A stretch of 64,000 bases of DNA from Sedimentisphaerales bacterium (lineage in GTDB: Bacteria; Planctomycetota; Phycisphaerae; Sedimentisphaerales; Anaerobacaceae). The notes under the pieces are model-generated. The model was not told where the DNA came from, ran no database searches, and saw only the letters and a program-made list of their open reading frames with translations. Numbering within the stretch: position 1 is the stretch's first letter; each line of letters opens with the position of its first letter. The DNA is taken from NCBI GenBank assembly GCA_963708075.1, contig OY970194.1, positions 4,608,001 to 4,672,000 on the forward strand, written 5' to 3'. Below are positions 9,978 to 20,552 of the stretch, in pieces. The position numbers and the translations under genes are program-made.

Positions 9978-11714
9978 ATGCCAGCCAAGTCGCAGCCTGC
10001 GGCCCCTGCCGCCGAGACTTCCATCACCAAAACCGGCGCCCAGATCGTCGTCGATACGCTCGTCGACCTCGGCGTCGATACGATGTTCGGCTATACTGGC
10101 GGGGTTGTGTTGCCCCTGTTCGACAGGCTCTACGACGCCCCGATCCGATTCATCATCCCGCGCCACGAGCAGGGCGGCTGCCACATGGCCGACGCCTATG
10201 CCCGCGCCAGCGGCAAGACCGGCGTCGTTCTCGCCACCAGCGGCCCCGGGGCCTGCAACCTGGTCACCGGCCTGGGGACCGCCATGATGGATTCGATCCC
10301 GCTGGTGGCCATCACCGGCCAGGTCCGGACCGACCTGATCGGCAACGACGCGTTCCAGGAGGCCGACACCACCGGCATCACCCGCCCGGTCACCAAATAC
10401 AATTGCATCGTTAAGGACATCAAGGACCTGGAGCGGACGATCCGCGAGGCGTTCTACATCGCCTCGACCGGCCGGCCCGGTCCGGTCCTGATCGATCTGC
10501 CCGTGGACATCTCCGTCGGCAAGTGGACGTGCAACGGCAAGGCCGAGATCGACCTGCCCGGCTACAAGATCCGCACGAAAGGCCACGCCCGGCAGATCTC
10601 CATGGCCGCCGAGGCGATCAACAAATCCGAGCGGCCGGTGCTCTACGTCGGCGGCGGCGTCATCATCGGCAACGCCGCCGAGGAGCTGCGCGCGCTCGCC
10701 GAGAAGGCCCACCTGCCCGTGACCATGACCCTGCTGGGCCTGGGCAGCTACGACCAGCGGAAGCCCGAATCGCTCGACATGCTCGGCATGCACGGCTCGG
10801 CCTACGCCAACTACGCCGTCCAGGAGTGCGACCTGCTCATCGCCGTCGGGGCCCGCTTCGACGACCGCGTCACCGGCAAGGTCGCCACCTTCGCCCCGCA
10901 CGCCAAGATCATCCACATCGACATCGACCCGTCGAGCATCTCCAAGAACGTGCACGTCGATATCCCGGTCGTCGGCGACGCCAAGGACATCCTCACCGAG
11001 CTGACCAAGGAGGTCGAGCACCGCGAGCGCGAGGCCGTGGTTCACGAAGATCGCGGAGTGGAAGAAGAAGTACCCGTTCCGCTATCGACCGCGAAGGCGA
11101 CGATCATCAAGCCGCAGTACGTCATCGACGAGATCTGCCGCCAGACGAACAACGACGCCGATCATCACCACCGGCGTCGGCCAGCACCAGATGTGGACGG
11201 CCCAGTTCTACAAATTCACCAGGCCGCGGCAGTTCATCAGCTCCGGCGGCCTGGGCACGATGGGCTTCGGCCTGCCCGCCGCCATCGGCGCCCAGATCGC
11301 CCGGCCCGACGCCACCGTCATCGACATCGACGGCGACCACAGCTTCAATATGACCATGACCGAGCTGGCCACCGCCGTGCAGTACGAGCTGCCGATCAAG
11401 GTCTGCATCTTGAACAACGGCTACATGGGCATGGTCCGCCAGTGGCAGGAGCTCTTCTACGGCCACCGCTACTTCGTGCAGCTACCTGAAGAACCCCAAC
11501 TACGCCGACGTCGCCCGCGGCCCTCGGCGCCGTCGGGATCACCGTGGACAAGAAAGACGAGGTGCCGAAGGCCATCGAGCAGATGCTCGCCGAGAAGCGG
11601 CCCTGCGTGGTCGACTTCCGCGTCGAGCGGGAAGAAAATGTCTGGCCGATGGTCCCTGCCGGCAAGAGCCTCAGCGACATGGACGGCCTGACAATCCTGG
11701 AAAGCATGGCGTAA
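9978..11714 (+). CDS. ilvB: Acetolactate synthase large subunit, copy 2 (frameshifts between ~11030 and ~11520)
   Basis: [54 protein letters not shown]. Confidence 0.92.
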
Positions 11715-11716
11715 CC

Positions 11717-11874
11717 GCACGAGAAATCCGAAATCCAAATGTCGAAATCGGAGACAATGATGAATGACAGAAACTCGAAATTCGAAACGGGCCCCGAGTC
11801 GGCGACAGCGTTTGGGACATTTGAGTTTTGCCTATTCGAATTTGTTTCGGATTTCGGATTTCGTGCTTCGTGCT
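11717..11874. repeat. Heptamer-based imperfect palindrome
   Basis: AAATCCGAAATCCAAAT... on the left and ...TTTCGGATTTCGGATTTCGTGC on the right, between ilvB and ilvN. Confidence 0.65.
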
Positions 11875-11891
11875 TATCTTGAAGAGTGGTC

Positions 11892-11912
11892 GTAGGGTGT
11901 GCACCGCACACC
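11892..11912 (+). repeat. GTAG-type REP
   Basis: GTAGGGTGTGCACCGCACACC; related copy GTAGGGTGGGCATCGCCCACC at 36055-36075. Confidence 0.55.
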
Positions 11913-11931
11913 TTGCAGGAGCGGATAGACT

Positions 11932-12423
11932 ATGAAACACATCATCAGTGCACTGGTCGAGAATAAGCCGGGCGTTTTGGCCCACGTCGCAGGCATGTTC
12001 GCCGCTCGCGGCTTCAATATCGATTCGCTGGTCGTCGGTCGCACGGAGGACCCGAAGCTCAGCCGCATGACCATCGTCGTCATCGGCGACGACCGCATCG
12101 TCGAGCAGGTCCGCAAGCAGCTCGCCCGCATCATCCCGGTCGTCAAGGTCCAGGACTTCGTCGGCAAGCCCGTCGTCGCCCGCGACCTGATGCTGGTCAC
12201 CGTCGCTGTCCCGCCCGAGAAGCGACCGGAGATCGTCTCCATGGTCGAGATGTTCCGCGGCCACGTTGTCGATATCGGCGCCAAGAGCCTCATGATCGAG
12301 GTCAGCGGACCCGAGACGAAGATCGAGGCCTTCCTCGACGTCTGCCGGCCCTACGGCATCAAGAACGTCGCCCGCACCGGCACCATCGCCATGCCCCGCC
12401 AAGGCACCGGCGGCGAGGACTGA
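11932..12423 (+). CDS. ilvN: Acetolactate synthase small (regulatory) subunit
   Basis: MKHIISALVENKPGVL...RGFNIDSLVVG ACT domain, ..VARTG. Confidence 0.95.
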   Translation: MKHIISALVENKPGVLAHVAGMFAARGFNIDSLVVGRTEDPKLSRMTIVVIGDDRIVEQVRKQLARIIPVVKVQDFVGKPVVARDLMLVTVAVPPEKRPEIVSMVEMFRGHVVDIGAKSLMIEVSGPETKIEAFLDVCRPYGIKNVARTGTIAMPRQGTGGED

Positions 12424-12605
12424 CGACCCACACCCAACGACCGATAATCATCGCTTCCACGCATCCGGCTGCCCGCCACGTGCGATGACCGTGCTGGAAT
12501 TTCGCGCATGTATCCTGCCCTGCCTCGGCGATCCGAATGGGCCTTCCGTGCAGGCTGGGCGCCGTCCGTGATCGTGCCTGCCTGTTTGAGGGTCGCACAA
12601 GTCGC

Positions 12606-12827
12606 GGGTGTGGTCGCAATACGGTGGCGGTCCATTCGGCTTTCGTGGCATGGGCGTCCCGCCCATGAGTTACAGGGCCATTCCCCGCCTTCGCGAGGGC
12701 AAGCTTCGGCCCTGCCTCCACGGGCGAGACGCCCGTGATACTCATGGGCAAGATGCCCATGCTACGTGAGCACAAAGGCTCGCCGTGCCAAGCCGCTCGA
12801 ATCCGCCACCGAATGCCGGCCACACCC
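12606..12827. repeat. Nested inverted-repeat element (outer shell + inner REPIN 12644-12766)
   Basis: GGGTGTGGTCGCAATACGGTGGCGG / CCGCCACCGAATGCCGGCCACACCC arms enclosing CGTGGCATGGGCGTCCCGCCCATG..CATGGGCAAGATGCCCATGCTACG. Confidence 0.7.
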
Positions 12828-12992
12828 CAAGTCGCCCCTCTCCGGATACCGGCTAATGAAAAAAAGGCCTTTCTGCCGATGGGTATTCTGTGGACTGTTT
12901 CTGTCCGTGTCGAGCGTAAACAAGGCCTGTGCTGCCGAAACCTCTATGAGAGACCCTTCAGGCGGCCGCGAGTGAGAATTGGAGATCGAATC

Positions 12993-13730
12993 ATGGGAAA
13001 AAAGACTGTCGTTGTGGCACTCACCATCCTGTTCCTCAGTTCCGCAAGTTACGCCCTGGACCCCCTGGGACCGCCGAAAGCGTTGCTCGACCAGGGCCAG
13101 TGGAGTCCGAGCGTCGAGTACGCCTACAGCGAGATGCGCGTCGAATTGGACAACGACTCCGCCAACGGCGACGCACTTAACGGGGACTCGACAGAAATCC
13201 AGGCCAATAAAGCCTACGCCAATCTGCGCTATGGCTTGTTGGGGAACGTGGATCTGTTCGGGCGTGTCGGGCTTTCGACGTTCGACACTCCAAAGCTAGG
13301 CCAAGAGGGGGATGCGGACTTCGCTTGGGGCTTGGGTGCCGCCGCTACGATTCGTGACACGGAAAAGCTTGACTGGGGCGTACTCGTCCAACTCAGCCGT
13401 GGAGAGTCCGAGGCGCGTCAGGGGTGGCCGTTCTTCAATGAGACCGGGATAGAATTCTGGTCCCTCCAGGTGGCCGGAGGTCCGACGTACCAGATCTGCG
13501 ACGAGATGGCTGTCTTTGGCGGCCTGTTCTACAACATGCTCGATGGGGAATTGGATCGGGACATAGGGGCTCCCGTTGACCTTGACGCAGACTTGGAGGA
13601 GGAGAACCCCTTTGGTGTATTCGCCGGCCTCGACTGGGCGTTGAAGGAGAACGCCCACTTGGCCTTCGAGGTCCAGTACGCCGGATCGACCTATGCCGTC
13701 GCCGCCGGCCTGCGCTGGTTCCTCAAATAA
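12993..13730 (+). CDS. Outer-membrane beta-barrel protein
   Basis: Signal peptide MGKKTVVVALTILFLSSASYA, alternating beta-strand pattern, C-terminal AGLRWF. Confidence 0.75.
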   Translation: MGKKTVVVALTILFLSSASYALDPLGPPKALLDQGQWSPSVEYAYSEMRVELDNDSANGDALNGDSTEIQANKAYANLRYGLLGNVDLFGRVGLSTFDTPKLGQEGDADFAWGLGAAATIRDTEKLDWGVLVQLSRGESEARQGWPFFNETGIEFWSLQVAGGPTYQICDEMAVFGGLFYNMLDGELDRDIGAPVDLDADLEEENPFGVFAGLDWALKENAHLAFEVQYAGSTYAVAAGLRWFLK

Positions 13731-13881
13731 ACATCATCTGACTTCCAAACCCGGCTGCCCGCGCCGGTCCCCTCCCTCGCAGATCGGGACCGGCGCCGCA
13801 GCCGGCCAATCCTGCATCCACTCATCCACATCCCCGACAGTCCTCCGGCAAAGCACCAATAGCGAACACTGAGGATGACTG

Positions 13882-14556
13882 TCAGCGTCCTGCCAATACC
13901 TCCAGTTTCGCGATCCAGTCGTTGAAGTGAGGGCATTGCGCTCGCATCGCTTCCAAACCGATTTTCTGACTGATGAGGACTCCGTCCACAACCTTGTCGT
14001 ACTCGGCATTCAGCCCGACGATTCTCTTGGATGGCGCAGTTTGCTCGCTATCATTGATCTCTTCGGGTGAGTCGAACTGATCCCTAATACGTTGGACTTC
14101 TGAGTCGTCGATAAGATTCAGCGCTTGGGCCAACATACCTGGATCACTGAACAACAGGGCTTCGAACTCATACATCTGGACATACGGGATGAATCGCAAG
14201 CAATCGAACCTCTTACCCAGTTCGCCAGAGATGTCCGCGAGTATCGCCGCCTCAATGATGACGGCTTTTTCTTCCGCAAACCGCTTGTGTATTGCTTCCT
14301 TTCGTTTCGGCCAACTCTTGGGCGGCATACGATAGTAGTCAAACATCGTCGTGCAGAAAGTGCTAGCCTCCTGCTTCAGAGTGCGCAGAATATGGTCACG
14401 GGCACGCGAATACTCACCGATGCCACCTTTATGTCCGGACTCGCCAATCAATATCGGGTAGAGGTATGTGTCTTGCCCATTGAAGTGTGGCTGTAGCACA
14501 CCCTTAACGAAGGCCTCCTCTGTCTGCCCCTCAACCAGGACGTGGACCCGAATCAT
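13882..14556 (-). CDS. DUF4276-like TOPRIM-type protein
   Basis: VLVEGQTEE, TTMFDYY, YEFEALLFSD, SPEEIND, APSKR, CPHFNDW. Confidence 0.8.
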   Translation of the reverse strand: MIRVHVLVEGQTEEAFVKGVLQPHFNGQDTYLYPILIGESGHKGGIGEYSRARDHILRTLKQEASTFCTTMFDYYRMPPKSWPKRKEAIHKRFAEEKAVIIEAAILADISGELGKRFDCLRFIPYVQMYEFEALLFSDPGMLAQALNLIDDSEVQRIRDQFDSPEEINDSEQTAPSKRIVGLNAEYDKVVDGVLISQKIGLEAMRAQCPHFNDWIAKLEVLAGR

Positions 14557-14557
14557 T

Positions 14558-15685
14558 CTATGGTCTCCCCCCGATCACGTTCTTCTGCCACAACTCGCCG
14601 AGGGAGTAGTCCTTCAGCCATTCCTCCAACTCGGCAGACGACAGGCGTTTGAATACGGATTCCCCATCCTTACGCTCCACTACAATAACGTCCTCAGCTT
14701 CAAAGTTGTCCAGCAGTGGCGAGGACTGCGTGGAGACGATAACCTGCATCCTGGTGGCAGCTTTCTTCAAGAGTCCCGCCAGCAGATTCAGGGCGTATGG
14801 ATGCAACCCCAATTCCGGCTCATCCAGAAGAATCGTGGTCGGTGGGTTGGGCTGCAACAAGGCCGTAGTCAGGGCAATGAAGCGCAACGTACCATCCGAA
14901 AGCTGGCTCGCATTAAATGGATAGTCGCTACCTTTTTGTGTCCACTCAAGCTGGATCTGGATGTCCCCTTTGGACGGTTGGGACCTGAGCTTGAAATCGT
15001 CAAAGAATGGATTGGCGAGGCGAATGGTATCTCGTATCTTCTCATAAGTGGCCGGATGCACATCACGCAACATGAGTAGAAACGCCGCTACGTTTCCCGC
15101 ATCGGGACGCAGATATTCATTGTCGCGCACGGAGCCGATCCGTCGCATCGGGGCCAACATGCTCGTATCGTGAAAATGATACACAATCCAACTGCGTACC
15201 GATTCAGAGATGTTCAGCCCCATTGCGTCGAAGAGCTTGGCGAGAAGCTTGCCCGCCTCAGATTCCCCATCATAAGGCCCTCTGAAGGCAGGCTCACGGA
15301 TCCTCTCGGATGCAGAATAAGTAGCCCCGCCAGCTTTACTGCCGCCAGCATAATGTATCTGCTGGCCTTCGAACATCAATTCAGCCGAGCTTGTCGGGAC
15401 CAGGTTGAACTCGTAGACATGCTGACCAAATTCGAGACGCGCTGCTATGCGCCGCGTGTACTTGGGGCCTAGGAAGAAGAAACCGTCAGATCCTCCGTGC
15501 TCTCTGACGAACCCCGGGAGGCTGCCATCGATTATTGCCCGAAGCAATCGAAAGAAGTCAATAAAATTGCTCTTGCCCGCGCCGTTGGCGCCGATCAGGA
15601 TGTTCAGGCTTTTCAGGGGAAAGTCCTGCAAATCCTTGATGGATTTGAATCCTCTCAGCGTGATCTTGTCGATCTGTCGTCCCAT
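14558..15685 (-). CDS. ABC-type (AAA_21-like) ATPase
   Basis: Walker A GANGAGKS, LSDGT signature, LLDEPELGLHP, STQS. Confidence 0.88.
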   Translation of the reverse strand: MGRQIDKITLRGFKSIKDLQDFPLKSLNILIGANGAGKSNFIDFFRLLRAIIDGSLPGFVREHGGSDGFFFLGPKYTRRIAARLEFGQHVYEFNLVPTSSAELMFEGQQIHYAGGSKAGGATYSASERIREPAFRGPYDGESEAGKLLAKLFDAMGLNISESVRSWIVYHFHDTSMLAPMRRIGSVRDNEYLRPDAGNVAAFLLMLRDVHPATYEKIRDTIRLANPFFDDFKLRSQPSKGDIQIQLEWTQKGSDYPFNASQLSDGTLRFIALTTALLQPNPPTTILLDEPELGLHPYALNLLAGLLKKAATRMQVIVSTQSSPLLDNFEAEDVIVVERKDGESVFKRLSSAELEEWLKDYSLGELWQKNVIGGRP

Positions 15686-15895
15686 CGTCCTGAATCCCGT
15701 TCGTTGCCCATGGTTCGTCTTCAACACAGGTCATGCCCGACCCGGCGGATCATCCAATAGATACGATTACGCCAGTGTCGTCAAGGCCGGAGTTGACTCG
15801 GGAAACGACCATCCACACCTCGTTTCTCCATATGTTCCGGGGCTTGCTCATAGCCCATATCTCTGCCAAGCTGCGGGGCGTTATCCGATGGCAAC

Positions 15896-16732
15896 TCATT
15901 CGGCCTTCCTCTTGCGTCGGGCGGCACGGGGCTTGCCGTTCCGTCTTGCCTTCCTCATGTTGGCCTTTGTCCCGATAGCGCGCGTGTCTCTCTTGGCTTC
16001 TTTGCCTCTGGTCCTCTTACCTTCTTTCTTCAAGGCCGCCTGGTAGTTTGCATGGACCTCTTGTCGGCGTTCGGGGGGCCATTCCTCGGGGAAGTTCAGA
16101 TTGGCGAACTCGCCGAAGCGCTCCACGGCGGCACGGTCGTAGGTCCTCGCCGCGTCGATCTCGCTCTCGCAAAAGCCGAGCCAGATGTATTCGCCCGCGA
16201 TGACAATTTCCGCAAACCATTTTTTGTTTCTCTTTCTGTATCCGACGCCCCTGTACTGCGAGATGGAGGCGACGCGTTTGGCTCTGTTACGCGCGTTTTC
16301 GCCGGGCGTGCAGGGGCGGAGATTGAGCCGGGTGTTGTCCATCTTGTTGCGATTGGTGTGGTCGACAACCTCCCCCTCACGTGGCTGTGCGATCTCGCGG
16401 TGCATGTAGATCCTCCTGCCCTTCTCGTATCGGACAGCGTACCCACCCTCCATATGCCAAGCCCACTGGCCGAGCCATTCGTAGTCGGCGGCGTCGACGT
16501 AGGCGTAGAGGCCGTCGGACAGGGGGATGCGCTTGGCGGCCTTGTCGGGGTCGGCGGGCCTGGGGCGATAGTTGCGGCAGACCTCGCCGGGCGGGACCGG
16601 CCTCAATCGGCCGACCGAGTCCGGGTGGTTGGCGCAGATCGGCCGGCTCGGAAAGCCCGAGGACAGGCTCGTCATCCACTGGCATCGGTCCCAATAGGCG
16701 TACACACACGTGGTACAGCTTCGAATGGCCAT
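15896..16732 (-). CDS. HNH endonuclease-AP2 domain protein with Cys-rich N-terminus
   Basis: VDHTNRNKMDNTRLNLR (HNH); YRGV..WFAEI..LGF..EIDAARTYD..FGEFANLNF (AP2); CTTC..CANH..CRNY. Confidence 0.85.
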   Translation of the reverse strand: MAIRSCTTCVYAYWDRCQWMTSLSSGFPSRPICANHPDSVGRLRPVPPGEVCRNYRPRPADPDKAAKRIPLSDGLYAYVDAADYEWLGQWAWHMEGGYAVRYEKGRRIYMHREIAQPREGEVVDHTNRNKMDNTRLNLRPCTPGENARNRAKRVASISQYRGVGYRKRNKKWFAEIVIAGEYIWLGFCESEIDAARTYDRAAVERFGEFANLNFPEEWPPERRQEVHANYQAALKKEGKRTRGKEAKRDTRAIGTKANMRKARRNGKPRAARRKRKAE

Positions 16733-17023
16733 GTGTTTCTCCCTTCCCGTAATCGTCGTCAGTCATCCGGCCAATGACTCGGCACACCCTGCGAGGTTTG
16801 CTCCATGCTACGTGAGTATGGTCATTCAGTCAAGACCAAAACCGGAGAAAAATGCAGAGTCACGCGCCGACCGGTTCGAGTGCGGCGGCGGCAGAGCGCT
16901 GTCGGCCACAGTCATTTTGAACGCCATGGTACGGGGTGCGTACCTTCTCTCAGCGATGCACGGTTCACAGCAGAATCTGTGAAACGGGGAGAACATGTTG
17001 AATTGGCTGTAGGAGGAGCAACC

Positions 17024-17497
17024 GTGAGCACGGGCAAGAAGGCCGCCAATCGCCGGCGGCAGCCGTTCTGGAAGCGTCACTCGCTCAGTCTCGTCGCGGG
17101 GGGCATTCTGGCGCTGTGGTTCGTGCTGTATCTGGGGGCGGATCCCAAATCGCATGTGGGGTCCTTCTTCGGCAACGCGATCGCGGACTGGACGGGCGTG
17201 GTCATCACGATCCTGGCCACCAAGTGGTTCTTCGAGAAGGGCTCGCGCGAGAGCCGCCAGCCTCGCCGGAGGCACAGCAACCCGGTTCTCGAGCTCCTTC
17301 ACGAACACTCCCTCACGCTCTTTCTTATCGCGACCGGACTCGGCTGGATCATGCTGTTCTCCCGGGTCGATCCGGAGGCCAAGTGGGGAACTGTGGTCAG
17401 CAATATCGTCTCCGAGTGGTCGCAGCAGATCGGGCTGGTGGTCATGACCAAAAAGTTGATCGAGCCCGGCTCCAAAGAAAGCGCCGATGAGGGCTGA
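17024..17497 (+). CDS. Small membrane protein with two internal repeats (DUF6766-like)
   Basis: GTG after AGGAGG; repeated HSLSL..NAIADW..TK.F.EKGSRES / HSLTL..NIVSEW..TKKLIEPGSKES. Confidence 0.6.
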   Translation: MSTGKKAANRRRQPFWKRHSLSLVAGGILALWFVLYLGADPKSHVGSFFGNAIADWTGVVITILATKWFFEKGSRESRQPRRRHSNPVLELLHEHSLTLFLIATGLGWIMLFSRVDPEAKWGTVVSNIVSEWSQQIGLVVMTKKLIEPGSKESADEG

Positions 17498-17525
17498 TGG
17501 TCTGACGCGCGGGACCTGTCGTTTG

Positions 17526-17706
17526 GGGTGCGGTCGGCATTCGGTGGCGAATTCGGGACTCAGCGTAGGACGAACGGCCCCGCTCGTCCCTCTTGGGCTG
17601 CGGCCTTGTACGGTATCCAGTCCACCGCAAGGGCCCGGAATGGTCGTGCGGGGACGCACGACCTACGAAGAAGCCCGTCGATTGCCACCGTATTCCGACC
17701 ACACCC
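17526..17706. repeat. Nested inverted-repeat element (same shell family as 12606; inner GTAG REPIN 17565-17666)
   Basis: GGGTGCGGTCGGCATTCGGTGGC / GCCACCGTATTCCGACCACACCC arms. Confidence 0.7.
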
Positions 17707-17715
17707 GTCGTTTGC

Positions 17716-18882
17716 CTATGGCCGTGCGTCCGTGCCGGCGAGCCAGTCGCGGCTGAAGCGGGCGAGGGCGATTCGCTCGTAGGGGTGTTTTTCTCCAGCC
17801 TCGAAGAGGCATGCGATGTCGCCATTCGGCAGGATGGCGAGGCAGGAATAGGCGGCCGGACCGGGCCATATCACTCGGCTCATGGGCCATGTCTTGCCTT
17901 CGTCTTCGCTCATGCGGATGGTCATGTCCCGCCGCTGGCCCGGCTCCGCGTGGGCGGGATTGGAGAAGAGCAGGCGGTTGCGGTCGTTCTGCGGCTGCAT
18001 CGTGTACCGCAGGAGGCTCGCCTGGCAGATGGGCTCGATGAGGGCCGGATCGTGCCGGACGTCAGACCAAGTGATTCCGCCATCCGTGCTGGTGGCGATG
18101 GCCCGCGTGGTCTTCGAGCGGTCGTAGTTTCGCATGTTGATCAGGAGCGTGCCGTCGATCAGCTCGACCGCCTGACACTCGTTGACGGCCGGGCGAATGA
18201 CGCCGCCCAATTGCCAGGTCCGGCCGTGATCGTCGCTGTATATCACGTGGGAGTTGTAGCCGTCCGGATCGTCGGGCAGTGCGAGACTGTGGTCGCAGGG
18301 AATCAGCATGCGACCCTTCCACGAGCCCTGCGTGAGTTGAATGCCGACGCCGGAGCCGGTGGCGTACCATCGCCACTCCGTGCGCTTCACGTCGGCGGTA
18401 ATCTCCCGCGGCTTGGCCCATGTCCGGCCGTTGTCATCGCTGTGCGTGACGAACACCCGTCGGGTGTCCCTGCCCGTGTTCTGCTTGATTTCCTTCTCGT
18501 CATCCTCGCCATGGTTCCACGTCATCGGCAACCAGATCACGCCCGTCGTTCGATCCACCACAGGGCACGGGTTGCCGCAGGTGTTCGCCCCATCGTCCCA
18601 GACGACCTGCGGCGGGCTCCACGTCCTGCCGCCATCGACGGAACGCTTCACAAGCAGGTCGATATCGCCGCTATCGGATCGGCTGTTCTTTCGCCCTTCA
18701 CAGAAGGCCAGCAGGTCGCCGCCGGGCGTCGCAAGCACAGCGGGAATCCGATAGGTGTGGTACCCACCCTCGCCGCTCACAAACACATCGGCGAGTTGAA
18801 GCCCATGTGCGGGGCCCGCCCCGGCCGCACAGCAAAGCGGAATGACAAGCCATCCGATTATGACACCTGTTACGCCTATCAT
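17716..18882 (-). CDS. Sialidase (GH33, BNR repeats), exported
   Basis: YRIP motif; Asp boxes SVDGGRTW, SDDNGRTW, SDDHGRTW, STDGGITW, SEDEGKTW; start uncertain. Confidence 0.9.
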   Translation of the reverse strand: MIGVTGVIIGWLVIPLCCAAGAGPAHGLQLADVFVSGEGGYHTYRIPAVLATPGGDLLAFCEGRKNSRSDSGDIDLLVKRSVDGGRTWSPPQVVWDDGANTCGNPCPVVDRTTGVIWLPMTWNHGEDDEKEIKQNTGRDTRRVFVTHSDDNGRTWAKPREITADVKRTEWRWYATGSGVGIQLTQGSWKGRMLIPCDHSLALPDDPDGYNSHVIYSDDHGRTWQLGGVIRPAVNECQAVELIDGTLLINMRNYDRSKTTRAIATSTDGGITWSDVRHDPALIEPICQASLLRYTMQPQNDRNRLLFSNPAHAEPGQRRDMTIRMSEDEGKTWPMSRVIWPGPAAYSCLAILPNGDIACLFEAGEKHPYERIALARFSRDWLAGTDARP

Positions 18883-19025
18883 AGAAAAGCGGTGGGCGGA
18901 GCCCCCTACCGGCTGTCGCCCTGCTCGGGACCCCTTATACCATGACATAGACTGTTGTGCCACCATGCGTGTCTGCAAATACCGCCCGCAGCAACCAGCC
19001 GACTGTCGCACGGGGACCACGAGCC

Positions 19026-19119
19026 GGGTGGCAGCGGCAAGTGCCGGCTTGCCGATGGCTCGTGTCCAAGTCCGCACGCCATCGGCAAGCTCCGAAGACT
19101 CCGCTTGCCGCTGCCACCC
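19026..19119. repeat. REPIN family 1 (GGGTGGCAGCGGCAAG...)
   Basis: Inverted doublet GGGTGGCAGCGGCAAG..CTTGCCGATGG / CCATCGGCAAG..CTTGCCGCTGCCACCC. Confidence 0.85.
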
Positions 19120-19376
19120 GTATCCAGTGGGTTAGAGTAGCCGGAGTGGCGGGGTGAGTTTGGCCGGCTGCGTCTCTCGCAATCGGACGCGAATTGTGTT
19201 AGAATCGCCGTGCGGCTTGTGGGTGGTTTGCCCGGTCATTGCCGGCCGGATCGCTCGTGGCTCAGCGCTCGAACAAGTCCGGGGCTCGCCGAATATACAC
19301 TGTAGCGAGAGGCTTGTGTTCTCGGGTGGTAAGAAGGTTGGCGGCAACAGACGCCGTGTATCACGGCTCCTGATGG

Positions 19377-20420
19377 ATGATAGAAAACATGCATAGCACT
19401 GTCGGTTTGAAGCTTGGCACGCTGGCGCTGGATGTCCCGTTTTTCCAGGCCTCGCTGAGCGGCTACAGCGATCACGCCATGCGGACACTCGCCCGCCGGT
19501 TCGGCTGTCCGTTCACGATGACCGACGTGATGCTGGATAAGAGCGTGATTCATCCCCAGTTTCAGAGCAAGGCCTGCTTCCGACCCGGCGACGACGAGCA
19601 CCCGGTGGGCGCCCAGATCCTTGGCAAGACCCCGGCGACGATGGCCCGGGCCGCCCACTCCCTGGAAGCCGCCGGCTATGACCTCATCGATCTGAATTTC
19701 GCCTGTCCGGCCCCCAAGGTTCTGCGCCGCGGCCGCGGCGGGGCCCTGCTCGACCACCCGGACGCCGCGATCGACATTTTGAAAGCGGTCCGGGACGCCG
19801 TCCGCTGCCCCGTTCTCATGAAGCTCCGCATCGGCATGAACCACTCGGCCCGGTCGCGGGACTGCTTCTGGGAGATCGTGACTCGCTCCATCGAGCAAGA
19901 GGTCGATGCCCTCGTAATTCATGGACGCACAGTATCCGAAATGTACCGGGGCAAGTCCGACTGGGACACCGTTGCGGAGGTCAAGAGCCGTTTCCCGGCC
20001 GCCACGATCATCGGCAGCGGCGACATCTTCGATCCGCCAGCCACTTTCGAGCTGATGAAAAGGACCGGGCTCGACGGCTTCGTCGTCGCCCGAGGCGCGA
20101 TCGGCAATGCCTGGATCTTCCGCGACCTGCGCTGTGTATGGGAGAACCGCCCTCTGCCGCCGCCGCCCGACCTCGCCGAGCAGCGGCTCATCATGCTCGA
20201 ACATCTCGATCGGGTTTCGTCGGGCCACGCGGAGAAGTGGGCGGTCAATTACTTCCGCAAATTCGTCATCTACTACACGCGCCGCCACCCGAAACGCAAA
20301 CACGTCCTGCTGGCCCTGCTCAAAGCCAGAACCCGCGCCGAAGTCGAGGCCGGAATCAACGCTTGGTACACCGACGCCACTGCCGCCGAGTCCGCCTGCT
20401 GCCCGCCCTCTCTGTCGTGA
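19377..20420 (+). CDS. tRNA-dihydrouridine synthase (Dus family)
   Basis: IDLNFACPAPKV, IHGRT, IGSGDI, ARGAIGNAWIF. Confidence 0.9.
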   Translation: MIENMHSTVGLKLGTLALDVPFFQASLSGYSDHAMRTLARRFGCPFTMTDVMLDKSVIHPQFQSKACFRPGDDEHPVGAQILGKTPATMARAAHSLEAAGYDLIDLNFACPAPKVLRRGRGGALLDHPDAAIDILKAVRDAVRCPVLMKLRIGMNHSARSRDCFWEIVTRSIEQEVDALVIHGRTVSEMYRGKSDWDTVAEVKSRFPAATIIGSGDIFDPPATFELMKRTGLDGFVVARGAIGNAWIFRDLRCVWENRPLPPPPDLAEQRLIMLEHLDRVSSGHAEKWAVNYFRKFVIYYTRRHPKRKHVLLALLKARTRAEVEAGINAWYTDATAAESACCPPSLS

Positions 20421-20464
20421 GTGTCCCTGGGGCAGTGTCTGGAAAATAATCTGGTAGTCGGGCC

Positions 20465-20552
20465 GGGTGGCAGCGTCAAGGCCGTAGGCCTTGGCGATGG
20501 TGGCACCGCATTCCAAGACGCCATCGCCAAGCTGCGCTTGACGCTGCCACCC
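20465..20552. repeat. REPIN family 1, GTCAAG variant
   Basis: GGGTGGCAGCGTCAAG..CTTGGCGATGG / CCATCGCCAAG..CTTGACGCTGCCACCC. Confidence 0.85.
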
